Shown here piece by piece: positions 12,459 through 25,074 of a stretch of DNA of 64,000 bases. Within the stretch, counting starts at the first letter, position 1, and every line of letters starts with the position of its first letter. Both the position numbers and the translations under genes were made by a program. This stretch comes from Octopus sinensis (Eukaryota): assembly GCF_006345805.1 (NCBI RefSeq), contig NC_042999.1:151528001-151592000 (forward strand). Direction: 5' to 3'. The notes beneath the pieces are model-generated. The model was given only the letters and a program-made list of their open reading frames with translations. It made no database searches and had not been told where the DNA came from.

Positions 12459-12659
12459 CCTTTACTCTTTACCTTCTGACAGGAAGATCAGTATACCAGC
12501 TTTTATAGCATTCAGTTAAAACTTCTAGAATTTTTGAATAAATTTTCTATTTTTAGTAACTTGGTTTTCCTAGAATTTATATTTATCACAAAGAAAACCC
12601 TAAGGTTATACCTATATATGCATTTCTCTTGACAGTCAAGTTTGCTTTGCCTTCAAATG

Positions 12660-13925
12660 CCAAAAGTCAAGATGAGGAAGAAATCTAAAATTCCATTAGA
12701 GAAATGAGCGCAGATTGAAATTTTTAAAACAATGGACAACAAAGTGAGGGAGATAGCAAGTGGTTTGTCTGTATATCCATCAATTGTTTCAAAAACCCTG
12801 AAAAGAATTGAAGAAACTGGAAATTATTCAAGCTATGATCACTCAAGAAGGCCAAAAGTAATAACACCACAAACTGATCATTTCATTCATTGCTTTGCAA
12901 GAGCAAATCCCTTCTCCTCTCCAAGTGAGAAACAAGCACAGTTACCAACAAATAATAACAATAATAAAACATCAAGTCTATCAATGATTAACCCTTTTGA
13001 TACCAACCCGGCTGAAACTGCCTCTGGCTCTGAAGTACAAATGTCTTGTTTTTATAAGTTTTGAATTAAAATCTTCCACCAAACCTTAGTTGCAATTCAT
13101 GTTCCTAACACTAACTTAATGATAACTAAGTTATTTTACTAAATTCTTTGTTATATTTAAAATGAATCGAAAGAAACATAGAACATCTCAAAATAAATAG
13201 AGTAATGAAAGGGTTAAATATAATTTGGTAACAGATTTTAAGCTGAGAGCAAACCAGCAAAATAAAATACCTTAGTTGAGCAAGAAAAATATTCAAGATC
13301 AAATAAAATGTTGTGGAAGATATGAACATTGTACACCAATTGAATGGAGCAAAATAATGTTTACTGATGAAGCATTTATTTCTCAATACCAAGTTATCAA
13401 CCTCAAGTAAAAAGACTAAGTGGTAAGTGTCCGAATGAAAGGTATACATAATAAAAATCTATTCTTTCTGCATCTACAGTTATGATTTGTGTGTGGGGGG
13501 GTATTTCAGACCAGAGCAGATCTGCCCTGAAGATTAACATTAGAAGCAAAAGATTATCTAGAAATTTTACAGGAAAAAGTGCCAAGATTTATTATAGTTA
13601 CAAATTGCTCAATCATGCAACATGATGGCGCTCCAATCCACTCAGTAATGATGGTTAAAGAACGGTTTTAAGAGCAACAGTTTTATCTCTTACAGGAATG
13701 GCCAGGAAACTCTCTCAATTTAAATTGCATTGAAAATTGTTGGAATTTCCTTAAGAAAATGCTTCAACAAAAGCAGCCATCAAATTACCACAAAATGATG
13801 GAGAGTTAAAGAAAATATAGATGACTGAAATAACACCAGAATATTTCCAGAAGCTCATGGAATTCATGTCATTGAGAATAAGAAGATGTCTGAAAGCAAA
13901 TGGTTCATATACTAATTATCAATTG
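12660..13925 (+). pseudogene. Decayed Tc1-type transposase
   Basis: HTH-like N-terminus (REIASGLSVYPSIVSKTLKRIEETG..RRPKVIT), WSKIMFTDE, QHDGAPIH, WPGNSLNLNCIENCW, KANGSYTNY; contains stops and frameshifts. Confidence 0.85.
12988..13217. mobile_element. piggyBac-type MITE nested in the Tc1 relic
   Basis: Begins TTAA-CCCTTT and ends AAAGGG-TTAA. Confidence 0.75.
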
Positions 13926-14116
13926 TTCATTTATTTATTATTTATTGCTATTTTTTGTTTGAGGTCTTCATTTTAATGCAATAAAGTGTTGTTTCATTGA
14001 TTAAAGAAAATTTTCTTTCTGTTGTTAAACTTTCTTGTATGTGTATATAAGCATATATATACAAATATATGCATAATCTCACACATATGTATGTGTATTC
14101 AGATGAGAGTGTGAGT

Positions 14117-14154
<38 letters not shown>

Positions 14155-14314
14155 ATGTGTATGTGTGTGTGTGAGAGAGAGAGAGTGTGTGTGTGTGTGT
14201 GAGAGCAAGAGTGTGTGTGTGAGAGAGATAGAGAGAGAGAAAGAAAGAGGAGAAAGAGAGAAAGAGAGAGGGAGAGGAAAAAGAGAGGAAGAAGTGAGAT
14301 AGAAGGGGAGAGAA

Positions 14315-14352
<38 letters not shown>

Positions 14353-14423
14353 TCTGTCTTGAGATTTTTTAAACTGGTAACATTATCATTGTTTGGAATT
14401 CCAAAAGTCATGATACTTAAAAG

Positions 14424-14481
14424 TACTGAAATAATTTTGGATCTTGTCATCAAAGCTGATGCTGATGAAAGAGAAATGTCT
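14424..14481 (+). CDS. Weak candidate exon (TEIILDLVIKADADEREMS), phase-compatible with 10644-10749
   Basis: GTAAGT donor at 14482 and an open frame, but the acceptor is a weak AAG with no pyrimidine tract. Confidence 0.25.
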
Positions 14482-15832
14482 GTAAGTATGGTATTATCGT
14501 GTTGAAGCCATAAATATAAAATAAAATGCATTTCAAGAGGATTTCTTTGAACAGAATTGCACCTCTAGCGATGGCTTTTGTGTATGGTGAAAAGATTATG
14601 GTTGGACAAAAGCATTAGGCTTTTGTAAAAATATATAGTTGCAGGCATAGCTGTGTGGTCAAAGAGTTTGCTTCTCAACCACATGGTTTTAGGTTCGACC
14701 CCACTGCACACCACCTTAGACAAGTGTCTTCAACAAAAGCTTTTGGTTGAGATGAGCCTTATGAGTGGATTTGGTAGATGGAAATTTTATGGAATGTACT
14801 GGGTGCTTTTTGCATGACACCAGTACAAGTGAGATTGCTATGTAGCAAGCAAGACAAAGATTCACATTGACTGAATGTGATTACAGTAGAGTGGGAAGTT
14901 ACTTGATGCTGGGTGATGAAAAGATCATATATTGAAGGAAAAGCCCAGAACAGTATTTGTCAAAAATGTGAAGGCTTATTTCTGTCTCCTTTCAGTACTT
15001 AATATTTCTGCTTCAAGCCTCACTCCATTGTCTTCTCATATTTCATTTTATCCTCTTTCTGTTATTCCTATTCACTTTGCCTCAACCCTTCTGTTTCTTC
15101 TGGTGTTTCTCATTATTTTGCAGCATTTCTTATCACACTACATCTCTAATTCCTTATCTCTTGCTCCACCTTTCTTCTTTCTATCTCTCCTCTCTTAATC
15201 AGGCTATGCTTCTTTTCTCATTCTTTTCTCCGTCTCTCACTATATTTCACTGCCTGCTTACCTGCTTCCATGTCTCACATTCTCCTTATTTTCCTATTGC
15301 TTTATATCTATTTCCCTTACTATGTATTTCTCCCACTCTGCTAGTCTCCCACTTAAATATGTATATAGTAATATACCTCTCTTTGTAGTATATCATTTCT
15401 GTCTCTTCCATCACATGCAATACAGCCACTAATTTCTTCTTCCACATTCTTGTTGTTTGAAAGAAAGAGGAAGCCAGCATAATAACAAAGCATGTGAATC
15501 TTGATAGTTTGTGATATAGATAATCAACTCTAATTTAATAGTGAAAATGAACTACAGGCCCAATTATGGCATCTGAATTATGTATTTACTGCTGTAGAGT
15601 GACAACCTTATCAATTGCACCACAGAGCATCTGTCAGTTCATCCTCTCAAATTAGATATTATTATAGTTACTGGAGTACAATATGATCTTGAATATAACA
15701 TGATCCTCCCCGCTTTCTGTATCTAAAAGTCAGTAATAGATTTTACTGTCTTCTCTGTCTTAAATGTATTTTATGTAATATGCTGATGTTTTATGTTAAA
15801 TTTCTTACACTATTCAAGAGTAAATACAATAT

Positions 15833-16447
15833 AGGCGTAGGAGTGGCTGTGTGGTAAGTAGCTTGCTTACCAACCACATGGTTCTGGGTTCAGTCCCACT
15901 GTGTGGCACCTTGGGCAAGTGTCTTCTACTATAGCTTCGGGCTGACCAAAGCCTTGTGAGTGGATTTGGTAGGCGGAAACTGAAAGAAGCCCGTCATATA
16001 TATGTATATATATATAACGGGAAGCTTTGTGAAAATAAACAAAAGACGAAGGCAGGTGGAGTACAAACAAACAATTGTATTAGTATGGCACTCAGGAATA
16101 TAAATAAAACAAGTCTTTTACGTTTCGAGCCTACGCTCTTCAACAGAAAGATACACAGAAAAGAAACACAGAGAGAAACAAGGAGAGAAAAAAATGCGTG
16201 CAGAAGCTAGCGATTCAACATGTGTGTGTATATGTTTGTGTGTCTGTGTTTGTCCCCACAACATTGCTTGACAACCAAAGCTGGTATGTTTACGTCCCCG
16301 TAACTTAGCGGTTCGGCAAAAGAGACCGATAGAATAAGTACTAGGCTTACAAAGAATAAGTCCTGAGGTCGATTTGGTCGACTAAAGGTGGTGCTCCAGC
16401 ATGGCCACAGTCAAATGACTGAAACAAGTTAAAGAGTAAAAGAGAGT
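15833..16447 (+). mobile_element. SINE A with a PLE-derived unit inserted in its internal (TA)n
   Basis: SINE A 5' half, insertion at 16015-16222, then SINE A 3' half. Confidence 0.85.
16015..16222 (-). mobile_element. Young ~210-bp hammerhead-bearing unit
   Basis: Nearly identical to the two units at 51033-51492; HHR-like motif at 16113-16152. Confidence 0.8.
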
Positions 16448-16609
16448 ATGCATAACTTGTTAAGGTTATCTCTACAGACTTTTTACTGAAATTATAATCA
16501 GCACTGATTTTGTTACGATGCTTTGTATCTGAGGTGCCTGATGTATACAATAAAGGGATCAAAGATGAAAAATGGGTAATGTGCATATATGCCATAATAA
16601 ACTACAGGG

Positions 16610-17005
16610 TATACTCTTTTACTCTTTTACTTGTTTCAGTCATTTGACTGCGGCCATGCTGGAGCACCGCCTTTAGTCGAGCAAATCGACCCCGGGACTT
16701 ATTCTTTGTAAGCCCAGTACTTATTCTATCGGTCACTTTTGCCGAACCGCTAGGTGACGGTGACGTAAACACACCAGCATCGGTTGTCAAGCAATGCTAG
16801 GGGGACAAACACAAACACACAAACACACGCACACATATATATATTTATATACATATATACGACAGGCTTCTTTCAGTTTCCGTCTACCAAATCCACTCAC
16901 AAGGCATCGGTCGGCCCGGGGCTATAGCAGAAGACACTTGCCCAAGATGCCACGCAGTGGGACTGAACACGGAACCATGCGGTTGGTTAGCAAGCTACTT
17001 ACCTA
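16610..17005 (-). mobile_element. SINE A, full and little diverged
   Basis: Close to consensus; inverted relative to 15833-16447. Confidence 0.9.
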
Positions 17006-17327
17006 AATGTTTTTATAAGTCATTGCTTATATTGACTTTGTATGTTCATCATCATCATCATCATCCTCCTCGTCATCCTCCTCCTCCTCCTCCTCCTCAT
17101 CATCATCATCATTTAACATCCGTTAAATGATGATTATGATGATGGGTGGAGGTGCTTGTCTCCACTTTGAAAACATAAGGACACAGCAAATGTGTCAAGT
17201 TCGACAGGAAACGGTGTTTCCTAGGACTAAATAACAGTAACATTCTTCCTTTTTATGGGACTGTCACATTAAGTTGACAACATGCTATCACTTTATGAGA
17301 CATATGCCCATTACCCATTTTTTGTCT

Positions 17328-17850
17328 TTGAAATCGAAATCGAATTGAACCAGCCAGGATCCCTGGTCTGGTGGTACGTAAAAAGCACTATCCGACTCGT
17401 GGCCGTGGCACGTAAAATACTCCAATGCGACCGTACGACAGGCACCCTTGCCAACCCCCTTTGCTTGTGAAGACATGTTGGGGCAAGCGAAATCGAAATC
17501 GAATTGAACCAGCCAGGATCCCTGGTCTGGTGGTACGTAAAAAGCACTATCCGACTCGTGGCCGATGCCAGCACCGCCTCGACTGGCTTCCGTGCCGGTG
17601 GCACATAAAATACACCAATCTGACCGTGGCCGTTGCCAGCCCCGCCTGGCACCTGTGCAGGTGGCACGTAAAAAGCACCCACTACACTCACGGAGTGGTT
17701 GGCGTTAGGAAGGGCATCCAGCTGTAGAAACATTGCCAAATTAGACTGGAGCCTGGTGCAGCCTTCTGGCTTCCCAGAACCCCGGTCGAACCGTCCAACC
17801 CATGCTAGCATGGAGAACGGACGTTAAACGACGATGATGATGATGATGAT
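17328..17850 (+). mobile_element. RTE 3' UTR with tandem modules and an exact internal duplication
   Basis: gaaatcgaaatcgaattgaaccagcc...gtggccg occurs twice (about 17330 and 17489); canonical (gat)n tail. Confidence 0.85.
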
Positions 17851-18084
17851 CTCTTTGTTGTTTACATCAGACATCTCAGATATGAAGCATTGTAACAGAA
17901 TCAAGGCTGGCTATAATTTCCAAAGAAAAATCTGCAGAGCTAAACTTAGCAAGTGATGTAATAGCACTGCTAACACAGTAGAACACAATTTTGGCTGATA
18001 AAAACGTTTTGTATCCTTTGTAGTATATTACGGTTGCTTAACGAAATACTGTCCCTACAGGTCACAATTTTTCTTTTTTTATTC

Positions 18085-18455
18085 TTTTTATTTGTTTCAG
18101 TCATTTGACTGTAGCCATGCTGGAGCACCACCTTTAGTTGAACAAATCAATCCAAGGACTTATTCTTTGTAAGCCTAGTACTTATTCTATCGGTCTCTTT
18201 TGCCAAACCACCAAGTTATGGGGATGTAAGCACACCAACATCGGTTGTCAAGAGATGGTGAAGGGTCAAACACAGATACACACACACACATACGATGGGC
18301 TTCTTACAGTTTATATCTATCAAATTCACTCACATGGCTTTGGTTGGCCTGAGGCTGTAGTAGAAGACACTTGCCCAAGGTGTCATGCAGTGGGACTGAA
18401 CCAGGGACCATATGGTTGGGAAGCAAGCTTCTTACCACACAGCCACTCCTGTGCC
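18085..18455 (-). mobile_element. SINE A
   Basis: Reverse-complement match to the family consensus. Confidence 0.85.
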
Positions 18456-18569
18456 TATTTATATATATTTTTATCTATTTTAACAATGTTCTTCTATCTC
18501 CACAAGTATCTCTCTTGTTTCACTGAAACTTTATTATACATTTAGCACTACCAGCCTAGATTGTTCTTT

Positions 18570-19010
18570 TATACCCATCATAGCAAGATGCCATGCCTTA
18601 ATTTGTTGTATGAGGTGGATACCAGAAGTAGGCTTCATAGACACCCAAAACTTTGTTTTCATGATCATCTCAAGCAGTCTCTCATGTTATATGGTGTCCC
18701 TCCCAACCAGTTGAAACCCCTGGTGGTTACTCACAGGCAAAGCAGTCCATGTGTGATGCTGGAGCAGAGTGTTTTGAAACTGAATGCAAGAGACCACATG
18801 AAGAGAAGAGGAGACATTGTCATCAACTCCTTGCAGCTGTTGATCAGGGTCACTTTCAGTGCCCTTAGTCCCACAGGATCTGCCGATCTAACATCGGTCT
18901 CATCTTGTCAGCTTCTCTATTCCCATGAGAAACAATGTGCTGGAGGTGGAGGAGGATGAATGTTTTGGATTGATGCTGTTGTCACCTTTGATGGGCTGCC
19001 ATAAGCAAGT
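18570..19010 (+). pseudogene. RTE-clade LINE ORF2 C-terminus
   Basis: Frameshifted translation gives PKLCFHDHLKQSL and FQCP..RICRSNIGLISH (C-terminal Zn-finger-like motif), then a gatgggctgccataagcaag tail. Confidence 0.7.
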
Positions 19011-21124
19011 AAAAATAAAGGTAAGAACCATATTATTCAATCACTGGAACTGGTATTTCCCTCTGGTACTACTATGAGTTTCTGGGGTTATTTTTTCTTT
19101 TTTTCTTATTTTTTTTCTTGTTCTTTGAGACAAATGAAGAATGTAGAAGAAAACAGCAAATTCATTTCACGCTTATGAAATATTATTCATGAAAAGAAAA
19201 AATAAATCCTTTAAAAAGTCACACCAGATAGTGATTTGAGGGAAATTTGACTGCTATTTCTTGCACAAATCAGATAAAGTATCATAGGTCTGTTCTAATT
19301 GAGCTGGTCTATGATGAAAGGTATTTCAAGTATCTAGGGCCATATCTGAGCTTAAGCAACAACAACAGCAACAATAGTAAGAATATTAGCAGCAGCAAAA
19401 ATAACAACAATAACATAAAGGTATTGTAAAATCAACTGCGTGCCACTTTTGGTAAAAAAAAATTAATCTAGATTAATGAACTCAATCGTTAGACCTATTT
19501 ATTTCTCATTAGACCCCCATTCATACACACACATACACACACAAGCTTATATTATAATATTGCACTCCATAATTTTAAGCTTCATAATCTGGTTGCATTC
19601 CTTACATTCTGTTTTGTTGCTTGAGAGAGAGAATTTAATGTAATTAAATTATTTTTTTCACAGTTTCTTTGCACTGAAAAGTTCTAATTTGCAGTTTTAA
19701 AATAAAGCAATTTAAAAAATTAATACAAACATAATATGATTATGTGCAAACATGCCCATACATACATACTGATACACATACACACACATGCAGGCTTTCT
19801 TGATTATCTAAATTCAGCCTTTGACCTACTTGAGGATAGATAGGTTGATTTCAATAGTGCATGTGGTAAAACTCGCACGGGTTTATGTTTTATTTTTCTG
19901 TTGCAATATGCAATACTGAAAGCTATGTTGTCTAAGCAAGAATAGCTCATCTTAACATTATGTACATTAAAAAACTTGCAGTATTTATGTGCGCATGGGA
20001 AGTGTTAGGGATAGAAAGTCGTGGTTATTTCTTGAAGGACAAGTTTAAGAAGAGGATTGAATCAGCTTATTTTTCTCCTCCTAACTCTATTGTGGGGTAT
20101 CCTCTGCATATAGTAACTTCTCACTTCAGCCCCTGTTTTCTTACAGGTCACTGTAGTAGGATGCAACTCTGTCAAGATATTTCTACCTGAGGATTGATGG
20201 AAAATAATTGCTATAATTTGGCAAACGACAGACATTTGAAGTGATAAAATAGCATTAGGGCGTCCAGCCATAGAAAAATTATGGCAAATCAGACTGGACA
20301 GCGGACATTAAGTGGTGATGATGATGATGATGATGAAGAACTGAAAGTTGAAACTCAGAGTCATACAAATAAAATTTCAGAATAAATTGTCATGTGTATG
20401 CATGTACTTATGTATATGTTTTTGTTTTCTTCTTTGAAACACTTTTACTCATTTATTTTTATTTTCTTTCTAATGAAGGCCTGGCACTTAAAGTGTGAAA
20501 AACTTTTCCTTTTAAACTTTGTATAAATAACACCTTTGCTAAAGCTTATATCTCTCATTATGTTCTTTTCTTCTTTTTGGCTCATTCATCATGTGTGTGT
20601 GTGTGTGTGTATGATGTAAAAAGCAGTGGTGATGGTGCCACTTAAAAGCAACCCAGTACACTCAGTGGAATGGTTGGCATTAGAAAGGGCATCCAGCTGT
20701 ACAAATCAAGCTAAAACAGACTATGGCACCTGGGTGTGGCTCTTGGTTTTGTCAGCTCCTGTCAAGCCATCAAACCCATGCCAGCATGGAAAACAGACAT
20801 TAAATGATGATAAAAATATATATATTAAAAGTGGGGAAGGCCGGATTATGGGATCACCCTGGGTTTCCCATCCATAAAGGGTTTAGTTTTATGGTGTATC
20901 GTCAGACCCCAAAATCTGTTGGCCTAAGACCTCTTCAAAATATGGACGGGAAAACCCTCGCTACAAAGGTAACCAATAGGGTATTATCTCCCTTCGCCAT
21001 GGGCTATCGACTATGGGAGAGAAGGAGAGAGAGAGGGAGATATACACACAAACATATATGCATACATACATACGTTCATGAAATATAAATGAGAATATTA
21101 TTGTTTATAATGATATCAGTGGCT

Positions 21125-21568
21125 GGATCTTTTCAGTTTGAACGGCAGTTTTTTCTAGCAGCGTCATATGAAATTGTCACCCATAATTATGACCCTAGTA
21201 TCGATCTATTGCATTTCAATCTGTTTCAGGGTTAGGGTTAGAGTTAGGATTAGTTATGGTTAGGGTTAGGGGTGGGGGAAAGGGTATCTTTTTTTCTTCA
21301 GAAATGTAAATAAACCTAATCTGTTTCTTAAACAAGGGACATGTTCATACGGCACAGAATGTTTTCACCTCAATAGACCTCATTGATTGGTTGAAATTGC
21401 AGAAATTGAAGAAAAAAACAACAAATATCTTACAAACTATAGAATTTTCTCAATAAAGCCAAGAGAAAAAGATGTTTTATAAACGCATTCTACCAATATA
21501 CGAAGTTTAAAAGTGTTTAGTTACATAGAAATTATTTTAAAAAACTGCCATTCAAACTGAAAAGATCC
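21125..21568. mobile_element. MITE with ~28-bp TIRs and internal TTAGGG-like repeats
   Basis: ggatcttttcagtttgaacggcagtttttt versus aaaaaactgccattcaaactgaaaagatcc; gggttagggttagagttagg at about 21228-21272. Confidence 0.8.
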
Positions 21569-22257
21569 CAGTTTATTCATCTCAACCAATGTGTACGGTG
21601 ACTGTTTTTAATGCCGCAGCAAATTTGAAAAAGGTGATTGAAGTGAATAAAAATTGTTTAAATATGTATGAGGATATTATTGTTGATAATAATATCAGTG
21701 GCTTAGCATACATTTATGTATATTCATATTCTCACACACACCTATGCACACACATATGCCTACTACAGACTTCATATCTGTTTCAGTGGATAAACAAATA
21801 AGGAATAATTTTCTTCATTCATATTTATCTACCAAGATGGGGTTTAGTTAAAGAAACAAAAAGGAGAAGACAACTCATAACAATAACAGTAAATGCTTTC
21901 AGGACTGTTTCATACAATGATTATCTTTTCCTCATTACCACTGCCACCACCATCTACTTCTTCTGCCTACACCTTCTCATCTCTCTTCTCTCTACAGTTG
22001 GTCTTTGACTATAAATACTGCCTATTCTCCTCTCTCTTTCTCTCTCCTTCTCTCTCTCTCTCTCTTCTTTTATGTTTCGTTTCTCTGATGATAAAGCTTA
22101 ATAGTTGATTGATAACTACAAAATCTAAAGTAATTACTATTTTGTTGTGATACTTCATGCTTGGTGAAAATATGAAAGACTAAAATGGGAAAAAAAACGT
22201 TAAGTAAAATGTAATAAGTATAATAAAGTTGGAACGTTTTATAAATAGTATTGTGTC

Positions 22258-22340
22258 AATGTGTGTGTTTGTGTCTGTGTACATACAGACACACACACAT
22301 ATATGTATGTGTATGTGTGTGTGTGTGTATATATATATAA

Positions 22341-22373
<33 letters not shown>

Positions 22374-22635
22374 TATGCATATGTATGTGTATATATTTAT
22401 ATATATAAACACACACATATATGTATATGTGTATATGCATGCATGTTTGTATGTGTGTGTGTGTGTGTGTGTCTGTGCATATATGTATATTTATGACATA
22501 AATATGTAAATACATATATACATCTGAATGTATGTGTTTGTGAGTGTATTAATTACATGTATGTATCAACATGCATACACACACTCACATATACATTTAT
22601 ATATATATATGCATATATATGTGTGTATATGTATG

Positions 22636-22713
<78 letters not shown>

Positions 22714-22880
22714 GCATATATACATATACATACGTACATATGTATACACACATATATATACACACATACATATATACATATATATATGCATATATGCATA
22801 TACATACGTACATATGTATATACACACACATATATATATACGCATACATATATACATATATATATATACATATATATATG

Positions 22881-22925
<45 letters not shown>

Positions 22926-23618
22926 ATATATATAAACAAATACACTGTACCTATATATTTGCACATTCATGTATATACTTATATGTATGCATGTTTGTAT
23001 GTGAATTTATATATGTGTGTGTGTGTGTGCGTATATATATATACATATATATATATACATATATATGAGCATGTGTGAGTGTATGTGTGTGTGTGTACCT
23101 GTGTATATTTATTCATATGTTGCATTGTTAGGCAATTATTCAATTTATTCATTCATACATTAAAAAAAAACAACATGAATAAAACACAATCAAACAAAAA
23201 CAAGTAACAAGCATAAAAATTCCAAGAAAAATACATAAATATATGAATAAATAAAAATAAAGGAACAAAGAAAGAAGAAAAGAAAGAAGGAATTGCAGCA
23301 AACTCATTTCTAATTGAACAGACTATATTTCTGATATAGATTTTTGCTGGAATCTTCAAATTTATTTTTACTAGATCAATCATTATTGTGTATTGATTTC
23401 TTCTGGCATTTATTGTAGTTTACCTGATTTTATTGAAATTACAATAATCTCTCTGATTCTCTCTTTTGCTTCACCCCTCTCTCTCTCTCTTTCCCACTCT
23501 CTCTCTCTCTCTCTCTCTCTCTTTCCACTCTCTCTCTTTCTCTCCCTCTCCCTTTCCCACTCTCTCTCTTTCCCTCTCTCTATCTGTCTACCATCCTACG
23601 TATTGACATATCTATCTA

Positions 23619-23674
<56 letters not shown>

Positions 23675-23695
23675 CCTACCTACCTACCTACCTAC

Positions 23696-23748
<53 letters not shown>

Positions 23749-23932
23749 CATCCATCTGCCTGACTGCCTGTCTGTCCGTCTGTTTTTGTCTGTCTGTTTG
23801 TCTATCTATTTATCTATCTACCTATCCATCTTTCTATCTATTCATTTTTTGTATGTCCATCAGTTTGTCTGTTTGTCTATGAGCCTCCATCCATGCCTAT
23901 CTATCTGTCTGTCTATCAATCAGTCTAACTGT

Positions 23933-24015
<83 letters not shown>

Positions 24016-24179
24016 CCTACCTACCTACCTACTTACCGACCTACCTACCTACCTACCTGCTGACATACATATATCTGTCTGTCTGTCTATAGGCCAGTCC
24101 ATCTATCTTTCTGCTTGCTTGTCTATCTATGTATCTAAAAATGTATGTATGTATGTATGTATGTATGTATGTATGTATG

Positions 24180-24218
<39 letters not shown>

Positions 24219-24300
24219 TTATCTATCTACCCATCTGTCTGTCCACCTATCTGCCTCTCTATCTGTGTGTCTGTGTCTCTCTTTCTCTTGCTCTATTCTG
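22258..24300. repeat. Large compound microsatellite region (TA/CA/TACA, then CT/CTAT/CTGT)
   Basis: Directly visible; source of the Ile/Tyr and Leu/Ser ORFs. Confidence 0.95.
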
Positions 24301-24659
24301 ATTGGATTTTAGTAACTCTTCTTCACTCTTTATCTCCAATTATTTTTCAAACATATCATTCACATACACACACACATGCATACACACACACGTACTCACA
24401 CACATGCATATGCACATGCACACACACACACACATTTACACATGCATACATCCAAGGCCTTTGAAATTTTTCTTTTCCTTTGGTGGTGCGCTTCCTTTCT
24501 GTGAACGCTGGTCTTTAATAGATGTAAACATTTATTGAAGTCCTAGACAATTACTGGTCCTGGGCATGGTGAATCAGTGCACCCCACTTTCAGTGGCACT
24601 GCTCTCACCTATATGCACTCCTTCCTATACCAATTCCTTATTTTCAGTCAATTCAACAC

Positions 24660-24860
24660 ATGCAGCTGTTGATTCAAACGTGTTTTTTTAGCCTCTGCAA
24701 TTTTTTTTTTCACCTTTCTCTATTTGATTTCTCCCCTCATTCCATTCTGTATGAAGAGCATAGGCTCGAAACATCAAAGACTCTTCCATTTTCTCCTGAA
24801 CATCAAACTAATACATTTTGTTTGTTGTTCCCTTATCTGTCTATCTTTTGTTGTTTGTTT
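24660..24860 (+). mobile_element. Diverged hammerhead-like PLE-derived unit
   Basis: ctgtatgaagagcataggctcgaaacatcaaagac at about 24747-24782; ends at (TA)n. Confidence 0.6.
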
Positions 24861-24890
24861 TTTTATACAATTTTGAATCATACGTTATAT

Positions 24891-24936
<46 letters not shown>

Positions 24937-25074
24937 ATGTATGTATATATATATATAATAATTATTATTTGAGGGAATAAAATCCAAACTTATATATATA
25001 TATATATATATATATATTTCGTCAGGCTATTGTTAGGAATTTTCCTAAGAATTCTAGGTATTACTCTATTATCA

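Noticed and set aside
17328-17700. CRISPR-like repeat-spacer appearance
   Set aside because: Eukaryotic LINE 3' UTR; the spacers are mutually related and of unequal length, and no cas genes or leader are present.
21228-21272. True telomere or chromosome fusion site
   Set aside because: Short, degenerate and internal to a TIR element.
22180-24464. Longest ORFs in the track (e.g. 302 aa at 23393-24301)
   Set aside because: Translations of CT/CTAT/TA microsatellites, open only because the repeats lack stop codons.
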